Shown: positions 26,301-37,847 of the stretch, piece by piece
How positions within the stretch are numbered: position 1 is the stretch's first letter
How the letters are laid out: the number at the start of each line of letters is the position of its first letter
Origin: Batkoa obscura
Lineage: Eukaryota
Assembly (NCBI GenBank): GCA_030770535.1
Contig: JASVEC010000011.1
Coordinates: 558,001 to 622,000 of the forward strand
Length of the DNA stretch: 64,000 nucleotides
Direction of reading: 5' to 3'
The notes under the pieces: model-generated
Database searches by the model: none
Told to the model about the DNA's origin: nothing
What the model saw: the letters and a program-made list of their open reading frames with translations, nothing else
Translations under genes and position numbers: made by a program

Positions 26301-27179
26301 TCTTTTGGATTCGCTTCTAGTGAATTAATTTCTTTAGTCAAATCCAAAATCGCTGCCAACGATATCTTTGAACTTTTAGATCGTACACCTAAGATTGATC
26401 AATCAGATGCTTATGGCAATAAAAACAAGCAGCTTTATGGTGATGTTTTAAGTGAAAATGCTCGTTTTGCTTATCCTTCTAGACCGGATGTTACAGTTCT
26501 AAATGGGCTAGATTTAGAAGTACTTAGAGATAAAAAAGTAGCCTTAGTCGGCTCTTCTGGATCTGGAAAATCAACTATTATTGGCCTTATTCAAATGTTC
26601 TATACACTTAATTCTGGTAAGCTTGAAGTTGAAGGCCAGGATATCAGTGAATGGAATGTACCTTATTTAAGAAGTCAATTATCTACCGTTGGTCAAGAGC
26701 CTGTACTCTTTAACATTTCAGTTATGGATAATATTGCTTATGGAGCAGAAAGAGATGTCACAAAAGAAGAAATTATTCATGTAGCTAAAATGGCTAATGC
26801 ACATGATTTTATCATGGATCTCCCAGATGGTTACAATACTTCATGTGGTGAGCGTGGAGGTAGACTTTCAGGTGGTCAAAAACAGAGAGTAGCTATTGCT
26901 AGAGCACTTATTAGGAATCCAAAATTATTGCTATTAGATGAAGCTACATCTGCTTTAGATTCCCAATCTGAAAAAGTTGTACAAGATGCTTTAGATAAAG
27001 CTTCGGAAGGTAGAACTACAATCACCATTGCTCATCGTTTATCCACTATTCAAGATGCCGATATAATTATTGTTATGAAGAATGGTAAAAAAGTAGAAAT
27101 GGGTACTCATGATGAACTTTTAGCACTTAATGGCTTCTATACTTCTTTAGTTCAAAATCAATCGCTTGGATCTAACTAA
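23319..27179 (+). CDS. Full-length ABCB/MDR (P-glycoprotein-like) transporter, intronless
   Basis: 1286 aa, TMD-NBD-TMD-NBD; Walker A GHSGSGKS and GSSGSGKS, two LSGGQKQR signatures, two LLLDEATSALD motifs. Confidence 0.97.
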   Translation: MFNFKKKKQNGGEVSEKDVDLVEEVKEEKTPNVPFFKLFKFATPKDKVIIGLATLAATINGLSQPFLFLLFSQIIGLFGDYQKNYPINPDLANSTLKEAIDFLCIMFVVAGSITAVAAYFQLSLWLMVGESQAVRIRNKYYHSVLSQEMGWFDSISSGDIASRIAGDINMVQDGISDKVGMLVQYITCFIGAFVIAFIKGWKLTLVMLTSVPLMAFAGMLMSKVIADASKGGQGVYGEAGSIAEEVLSAIKTIYSFNTQEKEQIRYEQKLRVARKKGFRKAFFTGLSNGVFLLIMFSSYALAMWYGGKLIRDGEQEAGDVLTVFFNVLIGSMVLGMTSPSLTAVATAQGAATKLFEIIERESSIDPFLITDEHLKNESKISPVKGNIKFENVQFSYPSRLDVQILKGISFEASKGQTVALVGHSGSGKSTCISLIERFYTPTSGKILLDDMDISEISNKFLKEHVGLVGQEPCLFGTTIKQNILFGLKNDDEFKADAKQLHDRVVNACKLANIHDFIMKLPQQYDTMVGDRGSQLSGGQKQRIAIARAIIKDPTILLLDEATSALDTESERIVQKALDNAAKDRTTIVIAHRLSTIKKADKIVVFDKGTIIEEGSHNELLALNGAYANLVKQQEIRKGDEEEKTKDDTVVIDDVKEEEEVVLDIDDIKELDEGLFRMTSRVKTLPKELAERKKKKEKVPMPLMRCLKMIAPHWHFGLIGSLGALLDGVSFPIYAILLTEATQSFFDLGVPELVEKGQEDINFWSLMFLILAIGCLIAGFMRYAGYNTLGEHLTYEIRRRCFRSLLTQEVGFYDAPENSVGIISGKLSTEAENVQGLVGKFMGPIFSAFSCTVASLIIAFLNGWKLTLVALATVPLNAYGQLVEVSALTDVNEKTKHAYLKVSQIAMESIINKRTVSSLNRENLFFEDYLERVEKAHRISKRGYLKSAIGYSFAMGIPHFVNALVFWYGTTLFISQEYTYTNMFQVITSVMFMGMSFGFASSELISLVKSKIAANDIFELLDRTPKIDQSDAYGNKNKQLYGDVLSENARFAYPSRPDVTVLNGLDLEVLRDKKVALVGSSGSGKSTIIGLIQMFYTLNSGKLEVEGQDISEWNVPYLRSQLSTVGQEPVLFNISVMDNIAYGAERDVTKEEIIHVAKMANAHDFIMDLPDGYNTSCGERGGRLSGGQKQRVAIARALIRNPKLLLLDEATSALDSQSEKVVQDALDKASEGRTTITIAHRLSTIQDADIIIVMKNGKKVEMGTHDELLALNGFYTSLVQNQSLGSN

Positions 27180-27677
27180 ATGGTTCGTACCCTACGATAT
27201 CTAAAAAACAATGTTTGTTATTCATATTATCTTTCTTAAAAAGTACTCAAACCTTATATAATAAAATGCGTTATTTCTGATATTTTACTTAATATTTTTT
27301 ACTACTTGAAGTTACATTGTATGTCACTTTATAGCTTTTTGATATGTTTTAGTCAGTTAGAATAACTTATTTTTGAAAATGGGTGAATTCAAATCCGGGT
27401 TCAATTTTTTCCCGAGATTGATGCATCACAAGCTTGTAAATTAAATACAACACTAAGAAAAAAAATTCTAACTAATTTTACAATAAATTGTGTGAATGTT
27501 TTTATTTCAGTATTTATTATACTATTTTTTAAATTATACATCACATAAGACTAAAATAATAAAATAAAGAAAGATTACTATATAATTTTCTAACTTTAAA
27601 CCCATTAGGTTTCCCCATAAGCTCCTTTCTATGCTACTATAACCATTTAGAAATAAATCACCTTTGGACAAAAGAAA

Positions 27678-28480
27678 ATGATAGAATATAATAGTTTATC
27701 CGAACAAAAATTAACTTTTATTTCAAACATGGACGTAAAAGATGTCAATAGTACTATTAGCTACATGAATAAAAGCTTGTTTTATATAAATAAAATAATT
27801 TTTGAATAAAGACTACCTGTTGCTGCAATTTTACACTCCTATCGCTTTTATTTCACCTAAAGAAAGGGACTTTCGAGAACCCAATAAGTCAAGGTGTGTA
27901 ATTTTATTTACAATTTTAATCAACTTTGAACTCACCATACAAAGTATCAATAATGGTTGAGTAAGTTTACTACTGTTTCCTATTTTGTCTCATATTCAAG
28001 AACACACTATCTTAATATCTTTGTCGAAATGATATAATCCTGGAAAAACGTTTGAAGTTAGAATTCTAATTTTATAGTAAACTTGTGCTTTAAACCAATA
28101 TTTTGGCTCTAGCCCTTGGTAAAAACTCTGATTTAATCTCAAGTTTGAACTATCTAACTTTGTCAGCATGTGCTTTAAAGAAGTAATTTTGATAACTAAT
28201 ACTTATCCCTTAGATTCAAAATTTAGATATTTTACTAATATTATAGTGAAGGTTAGAAATATATCGTTCATTTTAAATAGACAGTTGGTAGGGATTGATT
28301 GACATCTACGTGTAAAACGAAGCCAAAGATACAAAAAAGAACAAACTCTAATTTATTAAAACTTTCAAATGGTTTATAGATATCTAATGTTGCAGTTTGC
28401 CATAACTGTTTGAAGGGTAACTCTTTTTTGTCAGAATGGTTATTCTATTATAGCTTAATACCAATAGGTACAAATACCGT
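27678..28480 (+). pseudogene. Degenerate ORF with possible F-box-like N-terminus
   Basis: One frame reads MIEYNSLSEQKLTFISNMDVKDVNSTISYMNKSLFYINKIIFE*RLP.. with scattered stops. The resemblance to an F-box start is weak. Confidence 0.25.
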
Positions 28481-28579
28481 TTTGGCATATCGCTTAGGAT
28501 AGTTTTGATAGATGACATTGTTGCTTATTTATGTTACATTTGTTGAGTTATGTTCATTAAAAACTAATACTATCAAAAA

Positions 28580-30039
28580 TGAAAGAAGTAAAGTTTGTCA
28601 AAATCGTACCCCATGAAATCATCCTTGAGAGTTAAATCAAAACTAATAATTGCATAAAAATAGTGAAATATTCTTTTGAAAACTAATACTATTTATTAAA
28701 ATATGAAAGATAAACTTTACTAAGATAAATTAAAACAATGGAAATAAAAAGGGATTTAAAGCTTGAAGGGGTTGATACTAACGAATTAAACTTATTTAGG
28801 AAATACAAGGGTGAGTATGAACATAACTTATTAATTAATAGTGAAACCATTAAAGCAGGCTCATAGTATATAGGAATGGGTGATGTATGTAGACACGATC
28901 GTTTCTTTTACTATATGGTTGAAAATGCTCATGATAAACTTTGCAATGCATTTAATAATTTATCGATCGACGAAATTGAAAGGTTATGGATTGTATTTAT
29001 TGAACGCTTTAGTCTTGGAGAAACTCCTCAAACAAAAGAACTAGGTACTAAATTTCATCCTATTATAAAACAGATACTAGACAACAATAAAGATTTATGG
29101 CTTATGATTTATGGATTCTAAGTGCCCTGGTTATATTCATTTTAACAATTATTTATCATGGGTTAAAATCTATCAAAAAGCTACATTTAATCTTTATGTT
29201 GATAATCACAATCCTGATCTTGATATATATAAAGTGTCTTTAGAATTAGTACCGGTACCTAATATACCTGCTAAAGCTCTAAACGATATCTTTGACGACT
29301 TTATGAAATATGAAGCTTTGAATAAACATTATATAACTATATCCATAATAATAAAGTCGTAGTTAAAATCACGGGTAAGTTACCAAGAGGTGAATGGAAT
29401 CTAAAGATAGATACTATTGGTACCAACGGTGAACTCGGTACTTATAGTGGTATTTAATCAAAACAATTTAAAATATTTAGATAATGTAGTATATGCTAAT
29501 ATTCTTTTGATGTTTATCATTTATTAAATCAAGCTATTGATATTTTTACTTTTATTATTAAACTATTTTTATTTATAAATACTAAATTAATACGTAAGGG
29601 TACAGTTAATAACAATCCAACATGTGAGGAAAAATCCTATAATGGACGGAAATTCGAAATTTATCGAGATTCTAGAACTGAAAATTATCCTGAAGAAACT
29701 ACTAAAACACAGTGGCCAGTCATGATAAAGCCTGTTGGTGCTAATGGCAATAGAGTAGGTAAAGTTGAGGCTGATATATGATTCATAAGAATAGATTTAT
29801 ATGCGCAAAAAGGTAAAATTTCCACAGCTATGAAAATGGTAAAATATGGCATACCTGCTGGCTATTTTATCCTAAATGAAGGTTTTGTAAAGCTGGGTTC
29901 AAGTTTTACTGATATATATATAATTTTTTTGGGTATTGAACTCGAAAAATATAAGCAGTGCCTGTTTTATACTTTTTTTCATGATTGTTATAGTTATTCT
30001 GATGACATGTTGCTAACATTAAGTAGAAGATTATCTTAA
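28580..30039 (+). pseudogene. Fragmented intronless gene of unknown family, convergent with the primase-helicase
   Basis: ORF pieces 28876-29121, 29111-29362 and 29830-30039, plus intervening frames (KITGKLPRGEWNLKIDTIGTNG; KSYNGRKFEIYRDSRTENYPEE), are linked by frameshifts and single stops. Confidence 0.6.
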
Positions 30040-30182
30040 TTTTTTAAAAACATTCACCTTATTTTGAGTATAGATATTATCTTTTTGTAATATCGTTAAA
30101 TCTTTGTTATTGGTTTTAAGGAATATGTTGCTATTTATGCATTTATTATAAATGTTTAGTAAGCTTTGTCTTATCAATACTG

Positions 30183-32400
30183 CTAATAAGTAATAGCTCT
30201 TATTTGATATGCATCAATATGCTTCAATCCTGAATACACTCTTTTGCTACTACTGCTCATTTTAACTTTCTTATGCTTAAACCCTTTCACTTCCATAATC
30301 TCGATAAGCTTATTCTGAGCCATGTTTATAGACATAACGATATAAAGCTGGCTCCTAAAATCTTTAGCTATAGCATAATAGTCACTATTAGAGATATCGA
30401 TGTAGCAGTAATCATCTATATACTGTTGGTCTTTATCTTTCTCGGCTAAGTATCTTTCTCTAGCTTGTAATATACTTGGGAGTTGTTCAAGCTTTTTATC
30501 ACTATACTAGGATACTGCTCCTCTAACTAACCAGACAAGCAATCCTCCTTTTGCACTTGCTGTATTGAGCTTTTCTTTAAGACGAACATCCCTTAATCTA
30601 TGTCTCAGATTATTAGGATTACAAGGCCTAGTAGGATCATTGACAGTAGTATAAATATTATCGAATGGGACAACAATTATTCTTCTCAGCATTGATGAGT
30701 CATTGATATCTATCTCTGGTTTATGGTTACACACCAATATTGGCAAGGCAATAGGACTAAATGTCTCATACTCTTTTTGGTATCCTGCACGTGCTGTAAT
30801 ACTATCACCATCAGTAACAATTTTTAATATTTCAGTATTTGATGTATTATCAGGGTTTGACTCCGATCTTATACACAGTCTCTTACCCTGAATAATAGTT
30901 AAATGTATTAGATTGGCACCTTCTGTAGCCTTTCTACCACTAGCAAAGAATATTTCATGAGGAGCTATAGTACACTAATCTTGTAGAAGATCTTGAAGTA
31001 AACTAACAAAGAGTGATTTATCATTCGATCCATCTCCAGTGAACATAATCCATATTTGCATATCTGTATGACCACTAATAGCATATCCTAATAACTTTTG
31101 AATAAAAGTGATGAATTCAGTGTTACTATTAAACAAGTTAGAAACAAACGCATCAATAATAGATGTAGGATGGTCTATTCCTCTATAATTTACGTTGAGT
31201 TAGATAGACATGGAATCATCTGGAGATCTACTATTCAAGAGTCCACTATACAGATCAATAAAACCATTATTAGCTGGAAGAATATCTGGGTTTAGATTCA
31301 TTATCTTTTTTATTTAATTATCAGTGTATAGAACTTTATAGTAACCTGCTATACTCTTTATATTGGTTACTTTAAATATATAACTATGTGCTTTCTTAAG
31401 GCATTGATTTACTTTATTATCACTAACATATTTTAGAAGCATTGATATTGTGCTTTCAGTTGTATGAACAGTATAAGATTGGATTTGGTTTGCACTGATT
31501 TCTTCCCAAATAATATGTCAAATAGTAAAAATCGATTTCCATCATAGATTATTGCATGATGATAACTATTAAACACTATATTGATTAAGATTGTGTATGG
31601 TTTATCAGAAGTAGACTCTGGTAGAATTCTTTGAACAATGCTGTTTGTATCCCAATGAAAGGCATGTGCTTGACAATAAGATGAATAATTCTTTATATAA
31701 AACACATCTTGAACAATCTTTCTGACTAAATAGCTATCAGGTTCATGTATTTTACCACACAAAGCACATCGAATGATAGTATCAGGCTTAAAATTGAAGC
31801 CGTTTTATCCTGACCAATTCCTACCTATTTTCATATATAATGCATTCTCGATAGTATCCTTGATATCCCAGTATAAATCTGTACAAACATTATTATCTAA
31901 ACTAAGTTGTTCTAGTTTGCTGACTAATTGGGTTATCTCAGAACTCTTATCTTGGTTATCAAGTAACTTAATAAGCTCATCTGGCAAGGATGGTAAATCT
32001 TTAGCCAATGGAATAACAAAAGAATAGGTTTTACCATTTACTATACTTAGCTCAGCAATAACACAACCACCATCTGCACGTGTATCAATGCTAGATACTT
32101 TACCATTAACCTTAAGTTTAGTAATATTATGTAACATCACTAAATCTTTATTAATAGATTTAGATAGCGAAAAGAAATAGTATATCCCTCCACTAGCATT
32201 ATTTTGACAAGGTGTAGAGTTATCAACGAATTGTTTGATTAATTCGATACCATCTAAATCACCTTCTTTGGGAATATCACAGTCGATAACGATTAGATCA
32301 CTAGCTTCACCAGCTAACAATGCTAATATATTATCATACTTAATATTAAAGCCTAGTTATATCTTGATGGAATATTATATTAAGCAAAAATTATTTATCC
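30183..32400 (-). pseudogene. Prim-Pol + Cys/His motif + D5-like SF3 helicase (virus/plasmid-type primase-helicase) pseudogene
   Basis: LLAGEASDLIVIDCD..SGGIYYFF..IDTRADGGCVIA..LPSLPDEL (Prim-Pol); CALCGKIHE; PANNGFID (D5_N); QKLLGYAISG..MFTGDGSNDKS (Walker A); GDSITAR; LVCNHKPEI..MLRRIIVVPF; LLVWLVRGA. Several stops and frameshifts, no introns seen. Confidence 0.9.
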
Positions 32401-32631
32401 TTCCACTTGTTAAGGAAATTTATGCTTTCATTTCAAGAATAATCAGGTTTTGGTAAGTGATTTTTAATAAATTTGTAATTGAACTTTCCTTTATTCTTTT
32501 ATCATTTGATATCCCTTAGTTTTTGTTCCATTTACAAACTTATATCATGAAATACAAATATAAATATAAATATAAATACAAATATAATGTCCGTTTTATT
32601 TTTATTTTCTTCCTTGTAAATAATTTTATAA

Positions 32632-33111
32632 ATGTTATTATCAAGTGAAGACTTTACATCAAGTATAGCTTATTCAATTCGATTAAATGAAAGAAAGGAG
32701 AGACAAAAATGGAATTATATTATAAGCTTAAGATTAACTATATCAATGTTAAATTTGTTTTTTATATACTGTGCAACAACTCACAGTAAAAATACACATA
32801 CCAACCTAACCAACATCGTTGTGCTATTTTCAATCATTAATTTTTTTACGTCGAGTTTGTCAGCGGAATACAATGATTATAAAAAAGAATTTGAGTTCCC
32901 TATAAATGAAAAGTATTATAAAATAATGTTAAATTACTTCAACTTTAGTTGGGTTGATTTTAATCTATTTACCTTTCTATTATCTGTGGCTTGGAATTTA
33001 TTAACTGTCTATTTTTTATATTATAATCGCTCTTTAATCACTGCAGTCACCTGCTGTTTAATTTCTTTGTTTTGGTTCCTTTTATCTTATATTTTATTTT
33101 TTAATATTTAA
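32632..33111 (+). CDS. Small multi-pass membrane protein, unknown function
   Basis: 159-aa intronless ORF with about four hydrophobic segments; shares AEY...KK.F with the neighbouring gene. Confidence 0.6.
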   Translation: MLLSSEDFTSSIAYSIRLNERKERQKWNYIISLRLTISMLNLFFIYCATTHSKNTHTNLTNIVVLFSIINFFTSSLSAEYNDYKKEFEFPINEKYYKIMLNYFNFSWVDFNLFTFLLSVAWNLLTVYFLYYNRSLITAVTCCLISLFWFLLSYILFFNI

Positions 33112-33151
33112 AAATAAACATGCATTAAAAATATGAAATTTTGTCTTTATT

Positions 33152-33790
33152 TTAAACTGATAGATCATTGACAATGAGCAAAGAAGAGGCTAACCACAAT
33201 AAATTGTTAACCATAACTAGGAAGGGAGGAAGATAATGAAGCAACGAATAAAACTTTAAATTTGAAAGACTATGCCCAGTAATAATAATGGAGTTAAAAA
33301 TAGTTTGGTATCTATTATTTGAATCAAGCAGCATCACTTCGTTAGCTATAGGAAATAATAATGCAATTAAAGTATTAAATGACCAACAAGAAGTCAATAT
33401 AATTGAAATGCCTTCTGGTATTCCAATTGGAAATAAGGTGTCCATCAAACACTTTATGCCATGCTTATTATTATATAATCGAAATTTCTTTTTTGTTTCA
33501 TCATATTCTGCAAAGACAGCTGCCAAAAAAAAACTAAGAAATCCTATAACTAAATGAAATCGATATATAATGCCTTCAATTAAACTTATTAAATAAAATG
33601 GATTGAGTAGAAAATTACTAGACTTATTGTTTACTAGTAGCGATTCGGTAGTATTGCTATTATTGTTTATTGTTAAATATAAATAAATTAGGCCAAAGAT
33701 ACATTGGCTTAATCTTAATGGAGTTCTATATTCTCTATATTTTAGTTGTTTTATGGTAGCTGTAGTATCGGGTATTATATTTTGTAACAT
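33152..33790 (-). CDS. Small multi-pass membrane protein, likely paralog of 32632-33111
   Basis: 212-aa intronless ORF with about four hydrophobic segments; AEYDETKKKF motif. Confidence 0.6.
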   Translation of the reverse strand: MLQNIIPDTTATIKQLKYREYRTPLRLSQCIFGLIYLYLTINNNSNTTESLLVNNKSSNFLLNPFYLISLIEGIIYRFHLVIGFLSFFLAAVFAEYDETKKKFRLYNNKHGIKCLMDTLFPIGIPEGISIILTSCWSFNTLIALLFPIANEVMLLDSNNRYQTIFNSIIITGHSLSNLKFYSLLHYLPPFLVMVNNLLWLASSLLIVNDLSV

Positions 33791-35215
33791 TTTATTGATG
33801 CAAAGAAGTTTTATGAGAAAAAGAAAAAAATATAGTTGTTATTATATTTATATGAATTATATTCATTTAATTATTTAGTGGAATTAATTTTGGTTCCTTT
33901 ATTTAGTATGAATTAATCATGAAGCTTATCATTTTTAAAAGGTGTCATAACTTGTTGTTTAATTTGAAATATTAAACAAGTTTCACTCAATTTGTATTTT
34001 GAAGGATCTTCGAGTTATTAAATTTTAATTAATTTGAAATTGAGAATTCATGCTATTTTTAACTTTTATCTCCTCTCCATTAGCATCTTTTTCTGATTAT
34101 ATTTATTTTACTAAGCCTCTTGAGTAACTCGTTATTTCAAGGATGTAGAATCATATTATTTATTTTTACGTAATGTTATAGTATTGTTAGTATCAAATTA
34201 ATTTGCTAATTTTTAATATACAATAATAAAACATTTATAATTGTTGAATATGTAGGTATCTTTTTTTTAGTTGTTTTCATATTTTCATGTTTAAAAATTG
34301 AACAAATTATCGATTATATTAATAATTGAAAACAGCTCACAATAATATAATTATCAATAGTGAACCTATATCCGTCACCATTGATAATAGATAGAAGCTT
34401 CCTCGTCAATGCTGCTTTAAAACTCATAAAAATAAACAAAAGCATAATAAGCCATTAAAATTAACATTAAATGTCATTTACTCAATAATATTGTATTCAA
34501 TTTCTGAATCATTTGTATTAGTATTGTGTATCAAGCTTTCAGCATTTTTAATGAAATTTTTATTTATTATAAAAAAGAAATCTTCAACACTATAACAATC
34601 TAAATAAGTAACCTATAAAATATAAAAGAATAGGATTATTGGCGTATTTTAATAGTACACCTTTTAATGCAACTCAAAAAGACACGTTGTGTATATAGTT
34701 ATGATTAACAAACTTTCAAATAAGATGATTTTATATAAATTGTATATTTATTGAAAATTTAAAGTCTTATTTAACTATTATTTACCATTAATACTTTTTT
34801 ATAAGCATCTTGAAATCCATTCCTTTATCTAAACCCAGATATGTATATATGCTTTAAAAAATAATATCTAATAAATAAAAACAAAAAATAATACTTATAG
34901 GATATAGCAAATAAGATATGAGTATATATTTAAATTTTTTTGAATGATATAATACTAAAAATAGTTAAAATTTAACTTTATTATTATAAAAGTTCGATTT
35001 ATAAAACTTCTGTGTGCTTTTTTAAGATATCAGTAACATTAATAAAATAATACTCTTAATAAAAATAAACCACAGAAACGTTAATAAGAGAGCACAAAAT
35101 AACAAATTAGATTTTCGTATTTATTTAGCGTTATTTCTGATAATTTTTAGAATAGCTTTAATAAGAACATCATACTACATTTAAAATTGATCGGATCCCA
35201 ATGCTAAAAAATCCA

Positions 35216-35931
35216 CTAAGATGATTTGTGTAACAATACTTTATAGATGATATCAACTACTAGAAAATGATTACGTATCCGTTTTTCTTTATTATCACCC
35301 ACTCTTACTGTTAAAAACATCATTTTATCAGATATTTTAAACTCCCCAGTATAGATAATAAGTCTCTAATCAATAGCAGTAGTCAAAAATCCATAAACAG
35401 GTCGATTATTACCATTCAAAATGTATAATTTCCTCACAGAAAGTAAATATCATATAAGAGCTTTACAGAATCAGGCTTTTTTTATTTCTACTATTATTAT
35501 ACATCTATCTTTTGAGACATGAATAGTATCTATCATAAAATATTCTATATTGGCTCCAATTTTTTCCATTTCTTCATCAACAAACAATCTTTCTTTTATT
35601 TCTCTGGCCATTTTAATATCATTGTTATTAGTTTGGTATTTAAAATATACAATTATTGCACTTTAGACGTTTCCAACAAAGCCATGGACTATCACTTGAG
35701 TGATTGATTTGAAAGTGGGGTCAGGAAATTTTTCCGATTTTAAGCATTCTAATAAACGAGGATAAACCCAATCTTTTAGGTCATTAGGAGCTATTTCTTC
35801 CGCGTAAAGCAAATATCAAAGGCATATTAGGCATTCTCTATTAAATCTATAAACCTAAAATTAAGCATTAATTCAGCTTCTCTTTGGGTTAAGTTGGTAT
35901 AATTCTCTAAGTTTATTCTACTTCTATTCAT
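35216..35931 (-). pseudogene. PD-(D/E)xK nuclease-like pseudogene, copy A
   Basis: NLTQREAELMLNFRFIDLIENA*..MIDTIHVSKDRCIIIVEIKKA*FCKALM..LLSVRKLYILNGNNRPVYGFLTTAID*RLIIYTGEFKISDK; collinear with 49177-49850. Confidence 0.75.
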
Positions 35932-35990
35932 TTTTTTATTTTGATAATAAAAAGTGAAAAAATATATATTATTTTAGCTTATAAACTAGA

Positions 35991-36092
35991 TATGGGGATG
36001 TATTTTTTTGTTTAGGAATTCTACTAAAAATCTTTCCGCTCAAATAGCGCTTAAGAAATGGAAAAAGTGAAGTCAAAAAAAACATCCTTATA
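35991..36092. mobile_element. MITE copy 2
   Basis: TA-TGGGGATGTATTTTTT..AAAAAAAACATCCTTA-TA; internal sequence shared with the other two copies. Confidence 0.85.
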
Positions 36093-36686
36093 TTTTAATT
36101 ATTTGGTTACTTATTTGCCTTATTTAGAAAGCTTAAACTTTAAAGGGGAAGTGAAGATAAATTATGTTTATTACAATAAATCATATATTTAATGTATGGT
36201 ATTTATGACAATGCAAAATCGTTATGAACGATGAAGAGAGAGGCAAATAAATATACTTTAAATTATTGTAATGCTAGAAGCGAAGGGATCAAATAAGATA
36301 GAAATAAAATAGCTTCATTTATCTTTTTTTATTTCAATACTACATAAATAATTGACTTGGTTAATAAAAACTATAAAAAAAGTTCAATTGAGTGTTTGAA
36401 ACCTTATATTTATTTAATTTATTATTATTATAAAATTTCATGACTTAATTCTATGATTTATTTGAAACACTATAACATTTTAAACTCAATAAATTTTTAG
36501 AAAACGGTAGTTTAGCAAAAATAACTCGATATTTTAATTGATTAAATCATTTTTAAGAAAATCATTAAAACATAAAATCAAGGATGATCCATTGATAGCT
36601 TTTTTTTAAAAAGACACAATAAAATAAAAAGTATTTAAACTAGTATTATTATTGTTATTATTTATAAAGAGATAAAAACATAAAAA

Positions 36687-37363
36687 ATGAAATTAACTAA
36701 CATTTTAACACTAATGACTAGTTTGAATCTAGTCTACTGCTCAGGTAATTAATAAACAAAGATAATAATCAATTTATTAAATGTTGAATAGCCCCAATAG
36801 AGTTTTGTAGTAAAGATAATGTGGTATGTTATAATGTAGAAAACCAAGGCGAAAATCAATTAGTAACAATGAAGAGTAAAGGAAAGATAGGGTAAATATA
36901 ATAATATCAATAAATATTAAAATTGAATTCAATTAATAATTAATTAATTAGTTATATGGCCTTTGGTGTAGGTACTGGTATGTTTAATGCGGATATTTAT
37001 GTAAGTATAAAAAAACAATTTGAAATACAATATTTATACTTATAATTCAATCTATAGATTGGTTTTTTTAATTCGAAAGGGGAACCTGTTATTTCCGTAC
37101 GTAAATCGGAAGATTATGCCCATCCAGAAGCATTAGAAGATCAATCTTCAATCTCTATAAATAAATCATTAACTAAAATGGATAGTGGACAAACAATTTC
37201 ATTTACAATTAATACAGAGGGTAAGACATTAAAGAATGTTGCTATTGAAGGAGAAAATAAATTTTTATGGGCTTATTCAGTCAAAACACCTAAAGGTGAA
37301 GATTTTAATGCTAGAATAGCTAAACATGATAATAGAGGCGTGTTTTCTGGGGGAAGTTATTAG
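36687..37363 (+). CDS. Secreted stand-alone DOMON-domain protein, 4 exons
   Basis: Spliced: MKLTNILTLMTSLNLVYCS..FCSKDNVVCY..G/YMAFGVGTGMFNADIY/IGF..KFLWAYS..IAKHDNRG. Signal peptide; G.M..ADI and C-terminal H..G motifs. Confidence 0.8.
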
Positions 37364-37847
37364 AACAACAGATAGTTTATTATTATTATTAAGAATAAAA
37401 GATTTTAATTTATTGAATTTATTATATAGTAGAAGTACTATTGGTGTCTTAGTATTTATATTAAGAAGCATACTTTAAAGCCCCTAATTTTATTAATAAT
37501 TATTTTCACTCTCGTTTTTATATTATTAAATTAATAAACATTGATTTATATATCTTTTAAAAGAGAGATATTGTAAAAGAAATAGTATGGTATTAAACTA
37601 TAGCCATTAATAAAAACTTTATTACATAAACAGTTTCATTTTAATAAAACTTTAGTAAATTATTAGTTCCATTAAAATATGAATTCTTTTGTCATAAAAT
37701 TTCATAACATTAACTTATTGATAATCAATATTTTAAAAATTAATTGATTATCTTAAAATTATCGGATGATCAAAAAAAGAAGAATTATAAATACCAATAA
37801 ATAAACAAAAATAACTCACGTTTTACTAAAATTATATACAATTCAAT

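Noticed and set aside
28860..28915. YIGMGDVCRHD as a parvovirus-type PLA2 motif
   Set aside because: Spacing between the YxGxG and HD motifs is far too short.
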